This document shows positions 12,101-22,926 of a DNA stretch of 64,000 bases, piece after piece. Source of the stretch: Amphiscolops sp. MND2022 (lineage: Eukaryota); assembly GCA_964187785.1 (NCBI GenBank), contig OZ076409.1:77998001-78062000 (forward strand), in the 5' to 3' direction. Both the position numbers and the translations under genes were made by a program. The notes below the pieces were generated by a model. The model searched no databases and had not been told where the DNA came from. It saw nothing but the letters and a program-made list of their open reading frames with translations. Position 1 is the first letter of the stretch, and every line of letters begins with the position of its first letter.

Positions 12101-13138
12101 TTAGTTCTTCGCTTAACAGTGAGTTTTGAATGATGCAATTACATACCTGTTCAGAACGATCGTAGCAAAGAAAATAGAATACAGTAGTGATATTATTAAA
12201 AGCAACAAAAGACAAATTTTAGAATCAAATATCTATCAAAAAGCATTTGACTGAAGGACTTGATATGTTTTGATTGAGAAATTATATTAAAGTCTCAATG
12301 AAACCACGCTGTAAAAATAGGCGTTTTCGAAAATACTAAGTTTTTAATAATCTCACTACTGTACATGCAAAACCGTCTTAGAATTATACGGCAATAAGCA
12401 CGTTCGGCAATGGAAGGACCACCTTAGAAACCTGTTGTTACATATTCGAAGTTCGGTATATAACCAATTGTTTTCACAGAACTAAACAATATTCCGTTTG
12501 CTCCAGGATCGAGATTCTTTCTGCACGGGAAATTCAATAAAGAGCAACGAATTCAACATGAAAACCAAGATGGAAAAACTCTTGGACCCGCTGAGTGTCT
12601 CAAAAAAGTTATCAAAAAAGCGGGAGGGAAAGTTCTAGAACGAGCAGCATTGAATACTCTCCTCTCCAGACACTCCAAGTTGCCACACATTTACGTGGTT
12701 CTCCAAAATGACACAGATCTTATTAGTGCAACAACGTCGTGTGATTCTTTGCCACAAGTGACAGAAGTTATGGCCAAAGGAAAATGCAAAAAAAGGAAAC
12801 TAAATGAACCAAGTCGAACCAGTTACGTTTTACGACACTTGGCCAGTCGTGGACTTACGTTTCTATCCGTTGACTATATTTTGAAAAGTATCGAAACTTC
12901 AACAATTTTGGATGTGGAGTCTTTTGCGTTCAAACCAGGGCCAGACATCCCATCAACTTCTGTTCGTGATCATCGCAAAATTTTCCTTCTTCAGAGGAAT
13001 CCCGAACTACAAAACACAACTTCAGCTATAACATCGGTACTTCGTAAACGACGAGAAATGCTGAAGAAGCGCGAACAAGAAAAAATGAATGACGCTCAGA
13101 AAGAACACGATGAATCATCCTCAGACTCATCAGACTGA
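9171..13138 (+). CDS. RAG1/Transib-like DDE transposase with C-terminal BRCT; exons 9171-10127 (frameshift in A9 at 9360-9368), 10215-11516, 12480-13138
   Basis: Two phase-1 GT-AG introns (10128-10214, 11517-12479) keep frame; motifs WGDG (D 10013), YSGDQPFL (D 10343), CPDGTH, LTPY, CEGPEKSNH (E 11228) are collinear with RAG1 SCDG, GYDEK, IDALH, TNY, SEGNESGNK; last exon FFLHG..LKKVIKKAGGKV..IYVV..VDYILKSIE is BRCT-like. Confidence 0.75.
12013..12069. repeat. Near-perfect hairpin (26-bp stem, 5-nt loop) in transposase intron 2
   Basis: AGTAGATTGAGATTGGA-ATTCTCTCT / AGAGAGAAA-TCCAATCTCAATCTACT, one mismatch. Confidence 0.9.
12180..12363. mobile_element. Tc1/mariner-type MITE (TA-flanked)
   Basis: TA-CAGTAGTGATATTATT ... 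AATAATCTCACTACTG-TA; relative at 21657-21897. Confidence 0.75.
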
Positions 13139-13697
13139 GAATCATTTGATAATCATAATTGATAAATCGTGAAAACTTTGATTCGAACAATAATAAATTA
13201 TTTTTACCTGTTTTTATTGTCAAAATTTAATTGAATCATTCGAATTGTTTTAAACAAATTCAAAATAGAAACGTACCAAAAAGTAGCAGCGCAAAATACT
13301 AAGTAAAAACCGAAAAGAAAGAATAAAACCAAATCTTTCAAAGACCAAGAACTGGAATTCAAAATTCTAAAGTATTACTACAGTAAACTGCGAAATTGCA
13401 TCAAGTGCTGAAATACTTCGCTGAAAACAAGTTTCGAGATTTAATAATAATATATATCAATACAATGAAATAAAATAATAAAGGTTAAGAATATGTAAAA
13501 CAAAAAATTTTATCTCGAAAATGGTTTTCAACGAACTAATCAATCAAGAGACCAAAAAGTGTTTCGACCGAGTTTTTTGTCAACAATTTGAAATAGGTGA
13601 GTTAATGATATGTTCCTGTTTGGGAAATTGAGAGACATGTACCGGTTGATAGTTTGCACAAATTTTCGTCGATTGCTCTTGGATCGGCTGCCTTTTT

Positions 13698-16600
13698 TTA
13701 ATTGAAGCTGAGGACATGTAGTGCTTTGGCCAGAAGCTCCCATTTCATTAGCCTACAGTTCCCAATGGCACTCTCTAGAATAACTTTCGTCATTAACGAT
13801 AAGAAATGTGGGAAACATTTCTCAAGAGGTTCATCATTGTCCCGTTCCCTCTGGTAAACAGTCAAAGTCGTGTCTAAAAACATATATGCACAAGCATTAG
13901 TAAAACTGCCTCGAACCCATAGAAGAAGTAAAACCCGAATTTTTTTGAGAAATTAACTTAATCCGATTTTAATTTTAAAAATGAAGATTTTTTCGATTTT
14001 TTTGCTTTTTACCTTTTATCTCTTCTAACAAACAACTGAGAAACAATTATATGAAAACTGAATTTCAAAATTACCTAGATCACAGATGGTGAGAAAATTG
14101 AATCCCACGGCCACGCTGTCCGCACAGGTTCTGACCATATGTATCATGCCTGCTGGCATGATCATTGACTCGCCGCCTGTTATCGTCACTTTAAACACTT
14201 GACTTTGGAGGTGGGTGTCACTTGGTAGGAAAACATTTTGTTTTGTTGCCTCAATGCACCAATTCTCGAGAATTTCTTGGTTTCGAACTGTTCCAGGAAT
14301 CATGAAAAACTCTTTTTTACCGTGAAGAAGATGGTAAAAGACGCTGGTATTCGTGTAGTCAACATGCCAAGGTGTAATGGAACCTTTTTGACTGAGAAGA
14401 ATATAGCAATTTTGCTCCAGCTCAAAATTGAATAAATGAGACACTGAAAGTTCTTTAACTGCCGTTGGTACATCGAAATGCAAGTTCTTTGTGAGACTGG
14501 AGCTAAGATCAAGGACATTCATTGGGCCGCTCATAGCTCCAAACTCAATGGCATTTACAAAATCTTTTCCTGAGAGTGTCAAACACAGGAGTTTTTGCAG
14601 CTGAAATAGACATGTGTTGTATATGAAAAAAGAATACACTTCGAAGATCTACAATTTTGGTTTTAAAATATAAAAACCCTAATATTTTTTAAATGTTCGG
14701 TTTTCATTGGTGAAGTTAAAAAGACGAAGCCAAAAACGAACACTGACAGGTTTGTACATTCGGACAGATAATTGTACATCTTCTGCGTGTAGACAGTCTT
14801 CGAAGATGTTTCTTCGCGCTCCAAAGTTGATGTTGGGCAATTTCATACCATCCATATGTCCTCGAACAATACAGGCTCTTTTCCGCTGCAGCTCCTCCTC
14901 TATTTCGCTGCTGGTAACATTGGTGCAGCAAACTCGCATCTCGGACCCGGAAGATTCTCTGATTACATCCAGCAGCTCATGATGCTCTGCTTCATCCACA
15001 AATGCAACCAGAGAAACTTCTTCATCTTCTGCTTGAACCTGTTCGTAGCTGTTGGAATCTGAAACGAAAATTGTCAATATCATAATAAAGTTTTTTAAAT
15101 GATTGGTAGATGTTTTTCGAATACTTTTGATGAGTATCAGTGGATTCGTTTGGCAAGTAGTAAAATTGGTATGTAGAAATTTTGATATAGGTAAAACAAT
15201 AGGATTTTATTGTACCTTGGGGATTGTGTGTGGCTACTTCTTCACTTTCGTCTTCCTCACGGTTCTCTTCCTGGAGGGATTCTTCATTGCTGTCAGAATC
15301 TGAAACAAACATCGTCAAAATCAATTTAACGTTATTGAGATGATTGGTTGTTTGTCGAATATTTTCGATACGTAATATTGATATAGGTAAACAAGTCGAA
15401 GTCGTGTCTAAAAACACATATGCACAAGTATTAGTAAAACTGCCTTGAACACATGGATGGAACAAAATCCGATTTTTTTAAAAATTAACTCAATCCGATT
15501 TTAATTTTAAAAGTAAAGATTTTTTGATTTTTTTTGCTTTTTACCTTTCATCTCTTTTAACAAATAACTGAGAAACAATATTTTATGAAAACTGAATTTT
15601 ATTGTACCTTGGCGAACGTGTGTGGCTACTTCTTCTTCACTTTCGTCTTCCTCACAGGTCTCTTCCTGAAGGGCTTCATTGCTGTCGGAATCTGAAACAA
15701 AAATCGTCAAAATTATTATAAAATTATTGAGATTTGTGGATGTTTTTCGAATATTCTCGATAAGTATCAGTGGAATCGTTTGACAAGTAGGCAAATTGGT
15801 GTAGAAAAATTGATATAAGTAAAACGATAGGATTTTATTGTACCTTGGCGAACGTGTGTGGCTACTTCTTCTTCACTTTCGTCTTCCTCACAGGTCTCTT
15901 CCTGGAGGGCTTCTTCATCGTTGTCAGAATCTGAAACAAAAATCGTCAAAATCATAATAAAGTTAGAGAAGATTGGATGTTTTTCGGATATTTTCGATAA
16001 GTATCAGTGGAATCGTTTGACAAGTAGTCAAATTGGTGTAGAAAAAATGATATAGGTAAAACAATAGGATTTTATTGTACCTTGGCGAACGTGTGTGGCT
16101 ACTTCTTTTTCACTTTCGTCTTCCTCACAGATCTCTTCCTGGAGGGCTTCTTCATCGTTGTCAGAATCTGAAACAAAAGTCGTCAAAATCATAATAAAGT
16201 TAGAGAAGATTGGATGTTTTTCGGATATTTTCGATAAGTATCAGTGGAATCGTTTGACAAGTAGTCAAATTGGTGTAGAAAAAATGATATAGGTAAAACA
16301 ATAGGATTTTATTGTGCCTTGGCGAACGTGTGTGGCTACTTTTTCACTTTCATCTTCTTGACGGTTCTCTTCTTGGAGGGCTTCATTGCTGTCGGAATCT
16401 GAAACAAAAATCGTCAAAATCATAATAAAGTTAGAGAAGATTGGATGTTTTTCGGATATTTTCGATAAGTATCAGTGGAATCGTTTGACAAGTAGTCAAA
16501 TTGGTGTAGAAAAATTGATATAGGTAAAACAATAGGATTTTATTGTACCTTGGCGAACGTGTGTGGCTACTTTTTCACTTTCATCTTCTTGACGGTTCTC

Positions 16601-19150
16601 TTCTTGGAGAGCTTCATTGCTGTCGGAATCTGAAACAAAAATCGTCAAAATCATTATAATGTTAGAGAAGATTGGATGTTTTTCGGATATTTTCGATAAG
16701 TATCAGTGGAATCGTTTGACAAGTAGTTCACAAATTGGTGTAGAAAAATTGATATAGGAAAAACAATAGGATTTTATTATACCTTGGCGAACGTGTGTGG
16801 CTACTTTTTCACTTGCATCTTCTTGACGGTTCTCTTCTTGGAGGGCTTCTCCATTGCTGTCAGAATCTGAAACAAAAATCGTCAAAATCATTATAAAGTT
16901 ATTGAGAAGATTGGATGTTTTTCGGATATTTTCGATAAGTATCAGTGGAATCGTTTGACAAGTAGTTCACAAATTGGTGTAGAAAAATTGATATAGGAAA
17001 AACAATAGGATTTTATTGTACCTTGGCGAACGTGTGTGGCTACTTTTTCACTTTCATCTTCTTGACGGTTCTCTTCTTGGAGAGCTTCATTGCTGTCGGA
17101 ATCTGAAACAAAAATCGTCAAAATCATTATAATGTTAGAGAAGATTGGATGTTTTTCGGATATTTTCGATAAGTATCAGTGGAATCGTTTGACAAGTAGT
17201 TCACAAATTGGTGTAGAAAAATTGATATAGGAAAAACAATAGGATTTTATTATACCTTGGCGAACGTGTGTGGCTACTTTTTCACTTGCATCTTCTTGAC
17301 GGTTCTCTTCTTGGAGGGCTTCTCCATTGCTGTCGGAATCTGAAACAAAAATCGTCAAAATCATTATAAAGTTATTGAGAAGATTTGTGGATGTTTTTCG
17401 AATATTTTCGATAAGTATCAGTGAAATCGTTTGGCAAGTAGTCAAACTGGTATGTCGAAAAATTGATATAAGTAAAACGATAGGATTTTATTGTACCTTG
17501 GCGAACGTGTGTGGCTACTTCTTCTTCACTTTCGTCTTCTTGACGGTTCTCTTCTTGGGGAAAGTGTGTGACTACTTCTTCTTCACTTTCGTCTTCCTCA
17601 TAGGTCTCCTCCTGGAGGGCTTCATTGCTGTCGGAATCTGAAACAAAAATCGTCAAAATCATCATAAAGTTATTGAGAAGATTTGTGGATGTTTTTCGAA
17701 TATTTTCGATAAGTATCAGTGGAATCGTTTGGCAAGTAGTCAAACTGGTATGTCGAAAAATTGATATGAGTAAAACGATAGGATTTTATTGTACCTTGGC
17801 GAACGTGTGTGGCTACTTCTTCTTCACTTTCGTCTTCTTGACGGTTCTCTTCTTGGGGAAAGTGTGTGACTACTTCTTCTTCACTTTCGTCTTCCTCATA
17901 GGTCTCCTCCTGGAGGGCTTCATTGCTGTCGGAATCTGAAACAAAAATCGTCAAAATCATTAAAAAGTTATTGAGAAGATTTGTGGATGTTTTTCGAATA
18001 TTTTCGATAAGTATCAGTGGAATCGTTTGGCAAGTAGTCAAACTGGTATGTCGAAAAATTGATATGAGTAAAACGATAGGATTTTATTGTACCTTGGCGA
18101 ACGTGTGTGGCTACTTCTTCTTCACTTTCGTCTTCTTGACGGTTCTCTTCTTGGGGAAAGTGTGTGACTACTTCTTCTTCACTTTCGTCTTCCTCATAGG
18201 TCTCCTCCTGGAGGGCTTCATTGCTGTCGGAATCTGAAACAAAAATCGTCAAAATCATCATAAAGTTATTGAGAAGATTTGTGGATGTTTTTCGAATATT
18301 TTCGATAAGTATCAGTGGAATCGTTTGGCAAGTAGTCAAACTGGTATGTCGAAAAATTGATATAAGTAAAACGATAGGATTTTATTGTACCTTGGCGAAC
18401 GTGTGTGGCTACTTCTTCTTCACTTTCGTCTTCCTCACAGGTCTCTTCCTGGAGGGCTTCTTCATCGCTGTCAGAATCTGGTTCGATGTGAACTCGACGG
18501 TACCGACGTGACGTCCTTCTCTGTTCTCTTCTTCTTCTCGAATCCATCCTCGCTTGCCATCGTGGGTGTTCGATCTTCTTCTTTGGGGTCCCTTTGATTT
18601 TAATCAGGTCTTTGATTCGATGGGAATAACCTTTCCCCTCCCGCCGTCTTTTTTCCGACCAGCTGTACTCTCCTGGCACATTGCCTTTGGGCTTTTTTTT
18701 AAGAACAGCGGATTCCCCTTTAAGATAAAACGATTTGTATTTTTGCTTCAGGCAATCGTAAGCAGAACTTTCCTTGCACAATTCCTCGATGTTTTCTGGT
18801 GTTGGTTCCAACAAATTTCCTGGGTACCATTCCTCCCTTTGCAACTCAAACACTTTCAGGGTGCAAGTTCTTCCGAGGGAGTGTTGAGCGGTCCTGTGAT
18901 AGCTAAAGAACGGTCCTCCGTCTTTCTCGCCGCATCCACAAAAGCGACAAATAAAATTTGCCCGACTGTAAATTTTTTGTGCAATGCAGGTGAACTCCAG
19001 CTGGTGTTCTTCAACAGGTCTCTTCCTTGGTGCCCAGTCTTTGTACATGTGCCTCTGGCACGCAACTTTTTCGCTGAATTTTCTCCGGCATTCTGAAACA
19101 CATATTCCGATTAGTATTGGTGAAAAACATGTTTGAAAAAAATTCGACAT
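13698..19150 (-). CDS. Multi-exon JmjC histone demethylase-like gene (KDM2/KDM7 type) with N-terminal Cys/His region and acidic repeat exons
   Basis: Exons 19150-~18391, 12 repeat exons, 15058-14748, 14600-14075, 13873-13698 with consistent phases; YILLSQKGSITPWHVDYTNTSVFYHLLHGKKEFFMIP..MPAGMIHMVRT..DSVAVGFNFL keeps HxD..H and the 2-OG Lys; a possible frameshift may extend the C-terminus to 13540. Confidence 0.8.
15059..18480 (-). repeat. Tandem array of intron+exon units (mostly ~231-241 bp, three of 298 bp), each exon coding DSDSNEALQEE(T/N)xxEDESEEEVATHVRQ-like acidic peptides
   Basis: Each unit has TTTCAG|ATTC acceptor and CCAAG|GTA donor (one GC donor near 16316); example exon 15691-15608 is 84 nt, phase 1-1. 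Confidence 0.88.
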
Positions 19151-19707
19151 TTTAAATTCTATTTCAGATATCCGAACAGATCATCAAAATGATAATGCCA
19201 TTTAAGACTTGGAAACGCATGGGCAATTTGAAACGCAGAAATACATGGCTTTTTCATTGCTTTTCATCACTCGGAAACGGATGGGCGAACGTTCAATTCA
19301 TTTTATGCCAATTAGCTTACGTTATTTCATACTTCGGTTTTTATCCCCTATTTTGAAACGATAATTGAAGGTTCGCACGTCATCAGGTAATTATCACCAC
19401 AGTTGAGTTGAAAAGCGTCCTTAAATGAGCTCATCTTCATGCAAATCTAAATAGCACATCCGCAAAGCTATTACCAACGGTATGTACTACTTTTTTCAAT
19501 AATTAAATAATTCATTATCAGAAATGAATAATTATCATATATGTACTATTTAATACGAAGATCACCATTTTTCTTTAATTATAATATACCACAGTTGATT
19601 GACGAAGCGTCTTTGAATTAGTTCGAATTTGGATCGCTCAAGGAAAGGATTGAGCACTCACCATTCAATCCAAACAGTAGCTAGAAAACAGTCTCTTTTA
19701 CATAACG

Positions 19708-21075
19708 ATGAACCCTCCTCAACATGAGAAATCTCTCTCTTACACTGTCTTGGGGACTAGCCCGGCTGTGACAAATTCTGTTGCTCCAAACGAAACATTT
19801 GAAAGATTTTCGACTCCATTTAAACCGAATGAAAGCAACTTTGCATACTACATGAGTACTCCCTTGGATCAATCTAGTTCGACACAACAGTTGTATGGAT
19901 CACCCAGTGTGTCATCTAAAAGCTGGCCAAGTTTCACCCAAGTTGAACAAAGGATATTTTCACAAATCTCTAATATAGAAGGTGTGAATTATGAAGATAG
20001 CCCTTCGGACGTCTCGATAATGGTACAAGCTCAACTTGCTGCAAATCAAATGACACCTCTGTTAATCAACACTGCAAATCAACTGAACCACACTCCGAAT
20101 GACAGTACGACGAATCAACTGAGCCACACTCCAAGTGACAGTACGACGAATCAACTGAGCCACACACCGAGTGACAGTACGACGAATCAACGGAGCCACA
20201 CCCCAAGTGACAGTACGAGCCACACTCCGAGTGACATCATGGCAAGCCAACTGAGCCGTTCTTCAAGTGATATCGCGGCAAGTCAGCTGAGCCAAACTCC
20301 GAGTGATATCATGGCAAGTCAGCTGAGCCGTTCTTGCAACGACACCTTGGCAAACATGGAAAGATGCCAACAGGAGATAGCGAACAAGCGGAAACTTAAC
20401 CATTATGATGAGGAAAACCATGGCCCAAAAAGTAAACGATGTGTTCCCAAAAACTATGAGAAAAATTTGCGAGAAATTACCCCAGTGCACCTAACATTAT
20501 GCACAACTGTTGAAGCGCGACTCTTGTCAGACCTTTATGACATAATGAAGCAATTCAAATTCGCAAAATCTCTAACCAGCATTGACAAAACCAATTTGTT
20601 TGGGGACCTCATTGCTTATTTGCTGGAATTTTCTATTCCAAAGTGTAGAGATCGCAAAATTTTGAGCATTACAACTCATGCCGTTTTACAAATGGTCCCT
20701 CAAATTCAGCACAATAGAAGTTCTAACTCAAGTGACTTGTTAGTCTTGCAAATTGAAGATGAAGCTGGGTACTTGGACAGCTTCAGAATTCCTCACATTG
20801 TTGGAGAAGCAATGTTAATATATTTTGAAGCTGTACGACCGTACTTCATAAAACCTGAAGGTATCGACCAGAAAAAAAGGTTCATGCAGTCACCCAGTCA
20901 AGGGATACCACCATATTACGTCATGACGGAGCCATTCTTTGTCAACAGCTGGGGAAAAACACAATTCAAAGTGCGGAACATAAGAAATCGGATTGAACAG
21001 GTAACTAATCAAATACTGTTTGATAAGAATTACTTGACTCACTTTGCAATACCCCTTACTTCCAAGATGACTTGA
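19708..21075 (+). CDS. Ser/Thr-rich N-terminus with 12-aa repeats plus truncated tyrosine-recombinase-like domain
   Basis: NQLSHTPSDSTT repeats (~20078-20345); LIAYLL..KCRDRKILSIT, AMLIYFEAVRP and PFFVNSWGK resemble the N-terminal half of a YR catalytic domain; no HxxR/H/Y half. Confidence 0.5.
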   Translation: MNPPQHEKSLSYTVLGTSPAVTNSVAPNETFERFSTPFKPNESNFAYYMSTPLDQSSSTQQLYGSPSVSSKSWPSFTQVEQRIFSQISNIEGVNYEDSPSDVSIMVQAQLAANQMTPLLINTANQLNHTPNDSTTNQLSHTPSDSTTNQLSHTPSDSTTNQRSHTPSDSTSHTPSDIMASQLSRSSSDIAASQLSQTPSDIMASQLSRSCNDTLANMERCQQEIANKRKLNHYDEENHGPKSKRCVPKNYEKNLREITPVHLTLCTTVEARLLSDLYDIMKQFKFAKSLTSIDKTNLFGDLIAYLLEFSIPKCRDRKILSITTHAVLQMVPQIQHNRSSNSSDLLVLQIEDEAGYLDSFRIPHIVGEAMLIYFEAVRPYFIKPEGIDQKKRFMQSPSQGIPPYYVMTEPFFVNSWGKTQFKVRNIRNRIEQVTNQILFDKNYLTHFAIPLTSKMT

Positions 21076-21569
21076 AAGATAGATGCGAAAACCAATTCTG
21101 ACCAGGCGTCTGCGATGTTGTCTATCCTACAATGGGTCGAGGAATAATCGCGACCAAACCATTTAACAAGGATGACGTTATTTTTGACTACCACGGACAT
21201 GTAGAAGAAAACACGAACAACGTCGACTACTACTGCAGTCTGGACCCAGAGAACCGCAAGCCAGAATACTGCATCGAGGTTAAAACAAGGCCGGGAAGAA
21301 TTATTGATGCAACCTCGGAAATATGCCCCATCCACAACGATGGCAGAAGGTGCCTTGCTCGATTGTGCAATTACTCAAGTACCTTTGATGGTGGAAAGAC
21401 CAACCCAGCTTGTAACATGAAACTGGTCGAATTGAAATGTACATACTTGAAAAATAATCCGCGTTACGTGCTACTTATTGCAAAGCGGAAAATTGAACCC
21501 CTGGAGCAGCTGATGTTTGATTACATGGACCCCGAAGCCAATAGAATTTTCGGCGGTAATGCCGAGTAA
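21063..21569 (+). pseudogene. SET-domain methyltransferase (PR-Set7/SETD8-like), probably disrupted
   Basis: GRGIIATKPFNKDDVIFDYHG, IDAT, ARLCNYS, CNMK, IEPLEQLMFDY; in-frame TGA at 21099-21101 in Q-F-*-P-G-V upstream of ATG 21132. Confidence 0.8.
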
Positions 21570-21656
21570 AACCATTGATAAACTCGAACTTTGTTTTTAA
21601 CTTATCAGTTTTTATATAATTTTTGTTGGAATATTAGTCATTGTCATCTAGTCAAA

Positions 21657-21897
21657 TACAGTGGTGATATTTTTAAAAGCAACAAAGCCGCTTCAAAGTC
21701 TGCGGCAGGTGAAAAAAAAACTTCAAAGTCATCCCAAAACATGTATTTTCGAAAAAATCTTCAAACAAACATATTTGTAAACTAGATAAAAATCTAGAAT
21801 ACGTTTATTTTTATAAGTTTTCATAAACCACTGCCGTTTTAGAGATATTCGATTTTGAGATTTGCCTTTTGATGCTCTCAATAATATCACTACTGTA
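21657..21897. mobile_element. Tc1/mariner-type MITE, same family as 12180-12363
   Basis: TA-CAGTGGTGATATT ... AATATCACTACTG-TA; shared AAAAGCAACAAA. Confidence 0.75.
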
Positions 21898-22400
21898 TAT
21901 TATCTTCGGGTTTTGTTTTCTTTGTCAATTTTGAATTCAAAATATGCCAATGGATATTCCAAAAAGCAGATATCGATTAACACTCTCAAGGAATCATATA
22001 AAAGAACTAACTGGGGCAGACGGTCGGATCGTTGAGGAGGCTGATTTGATCCCTATCAGTCAAAATGTGCTCCTGGAGAGTGACTTGTTCATCATCGGTC
22101 TCAACTTCCTCGTTTCCTGCAGCAACGTAGTCAAACGTGAAACATTCGGATTTAGTTTTCCTATTATTCATGTGTTCAAATAGTGGTTGATGAACTGCGG
22201 GCATTAGTCAAAACATAGACACATGTAAGATTTCAAAAAGTTCATGTTAAAAACTAACTCTGACAGACGGTTGGCTCATCTCTGTCAGTCGAAACGCCGC
22301 GGTGTTCTTGAAGAACTGCTTCGGTACTGGCTTCTCTATCATGATGAAGGCTTGGCCTAAATTTGGGCTGAAAAAAACAACAAATTTGCCAAATTTACAT

Positions 22401-22449
22401 TAAAGTGGGGTAACCGACAAGGCCTTCCAAAACTCGGGAATCCATGGGC
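22401..22449 (+). repeat. Internal degenerate copy of the transposon left end
   Basis: TAAAGTGGGGTAACCGACAAGGCCTTCCAAAACTCGG matches 6215-6251 with two substitutions, one in the heptamer. Confidence 0.9.
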
Positions 22450-22567
22450 ACGTTTTGATATCCGTAACCGAATTTCTGGCAACCAAATGAGCAAAACTTT
22501 TGAGATTAGAATAACAGTGTATTTCTATATAAGCATTATATTTAATTTTTTTTGACTAAGAAATATC

Positions 22568-22926
22568 GGTGAATTCCCAAATAACATAAGAGCAAATAAC
22601 ATAAAAACAAAATTAGTTTCAAATAACATTAAAATGAAATGGGTTTCACTAAACATAAAAATAAAATTGTTAATGAGAAAATATCAGTGGTCAAAAGCAT
22701 ACACAATTCAAAAGATTCACTGAAAAAAGTGTGGAAATTACAGATAAAATTTTCTGAGTTCGATCGTTTTACCGGGTATTCGGTTTTATTTTTATGTTCT
22801 TTGACACTAATTTTGTTTTTATGTTATTTGCATTCATTTGTATGTTTAGTGAAACTCATTTCAATTTTGTGTTTTGAAACTAATTTTATTTTTGTTGTTT
22901 GTTCTTATGTTATTTAGGAAATCACC
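22568..22926. mobile_element. Foldback MITE with long imperfect TIRs
   Basis: GGTGAATTCCCAAATAACATAAGA ... TCTTATGTTATTTAGGAAATCACC; inner GTTTCACTAAACATA / TATGTTTAGTGAAAC; TSD not clear. Confidence 0.65.

Noticed and set aside
15059..18480. CRISPR-like array
   Set aside because: Whole units are homologous with no unique spacers; eukaryotic splice signals explain the structure
21944..22360. Additional cargo gene
   Set aside because: Coding-like composition but broken by stops and with no recognisable domain
6215..22449. Direct repeats at 6215 and 22401 as LTRs or Crypton/DIRS-type ends
   Set aside because: Similarity is short, and a perfect inverted partner with TSD exists at 24582-24601
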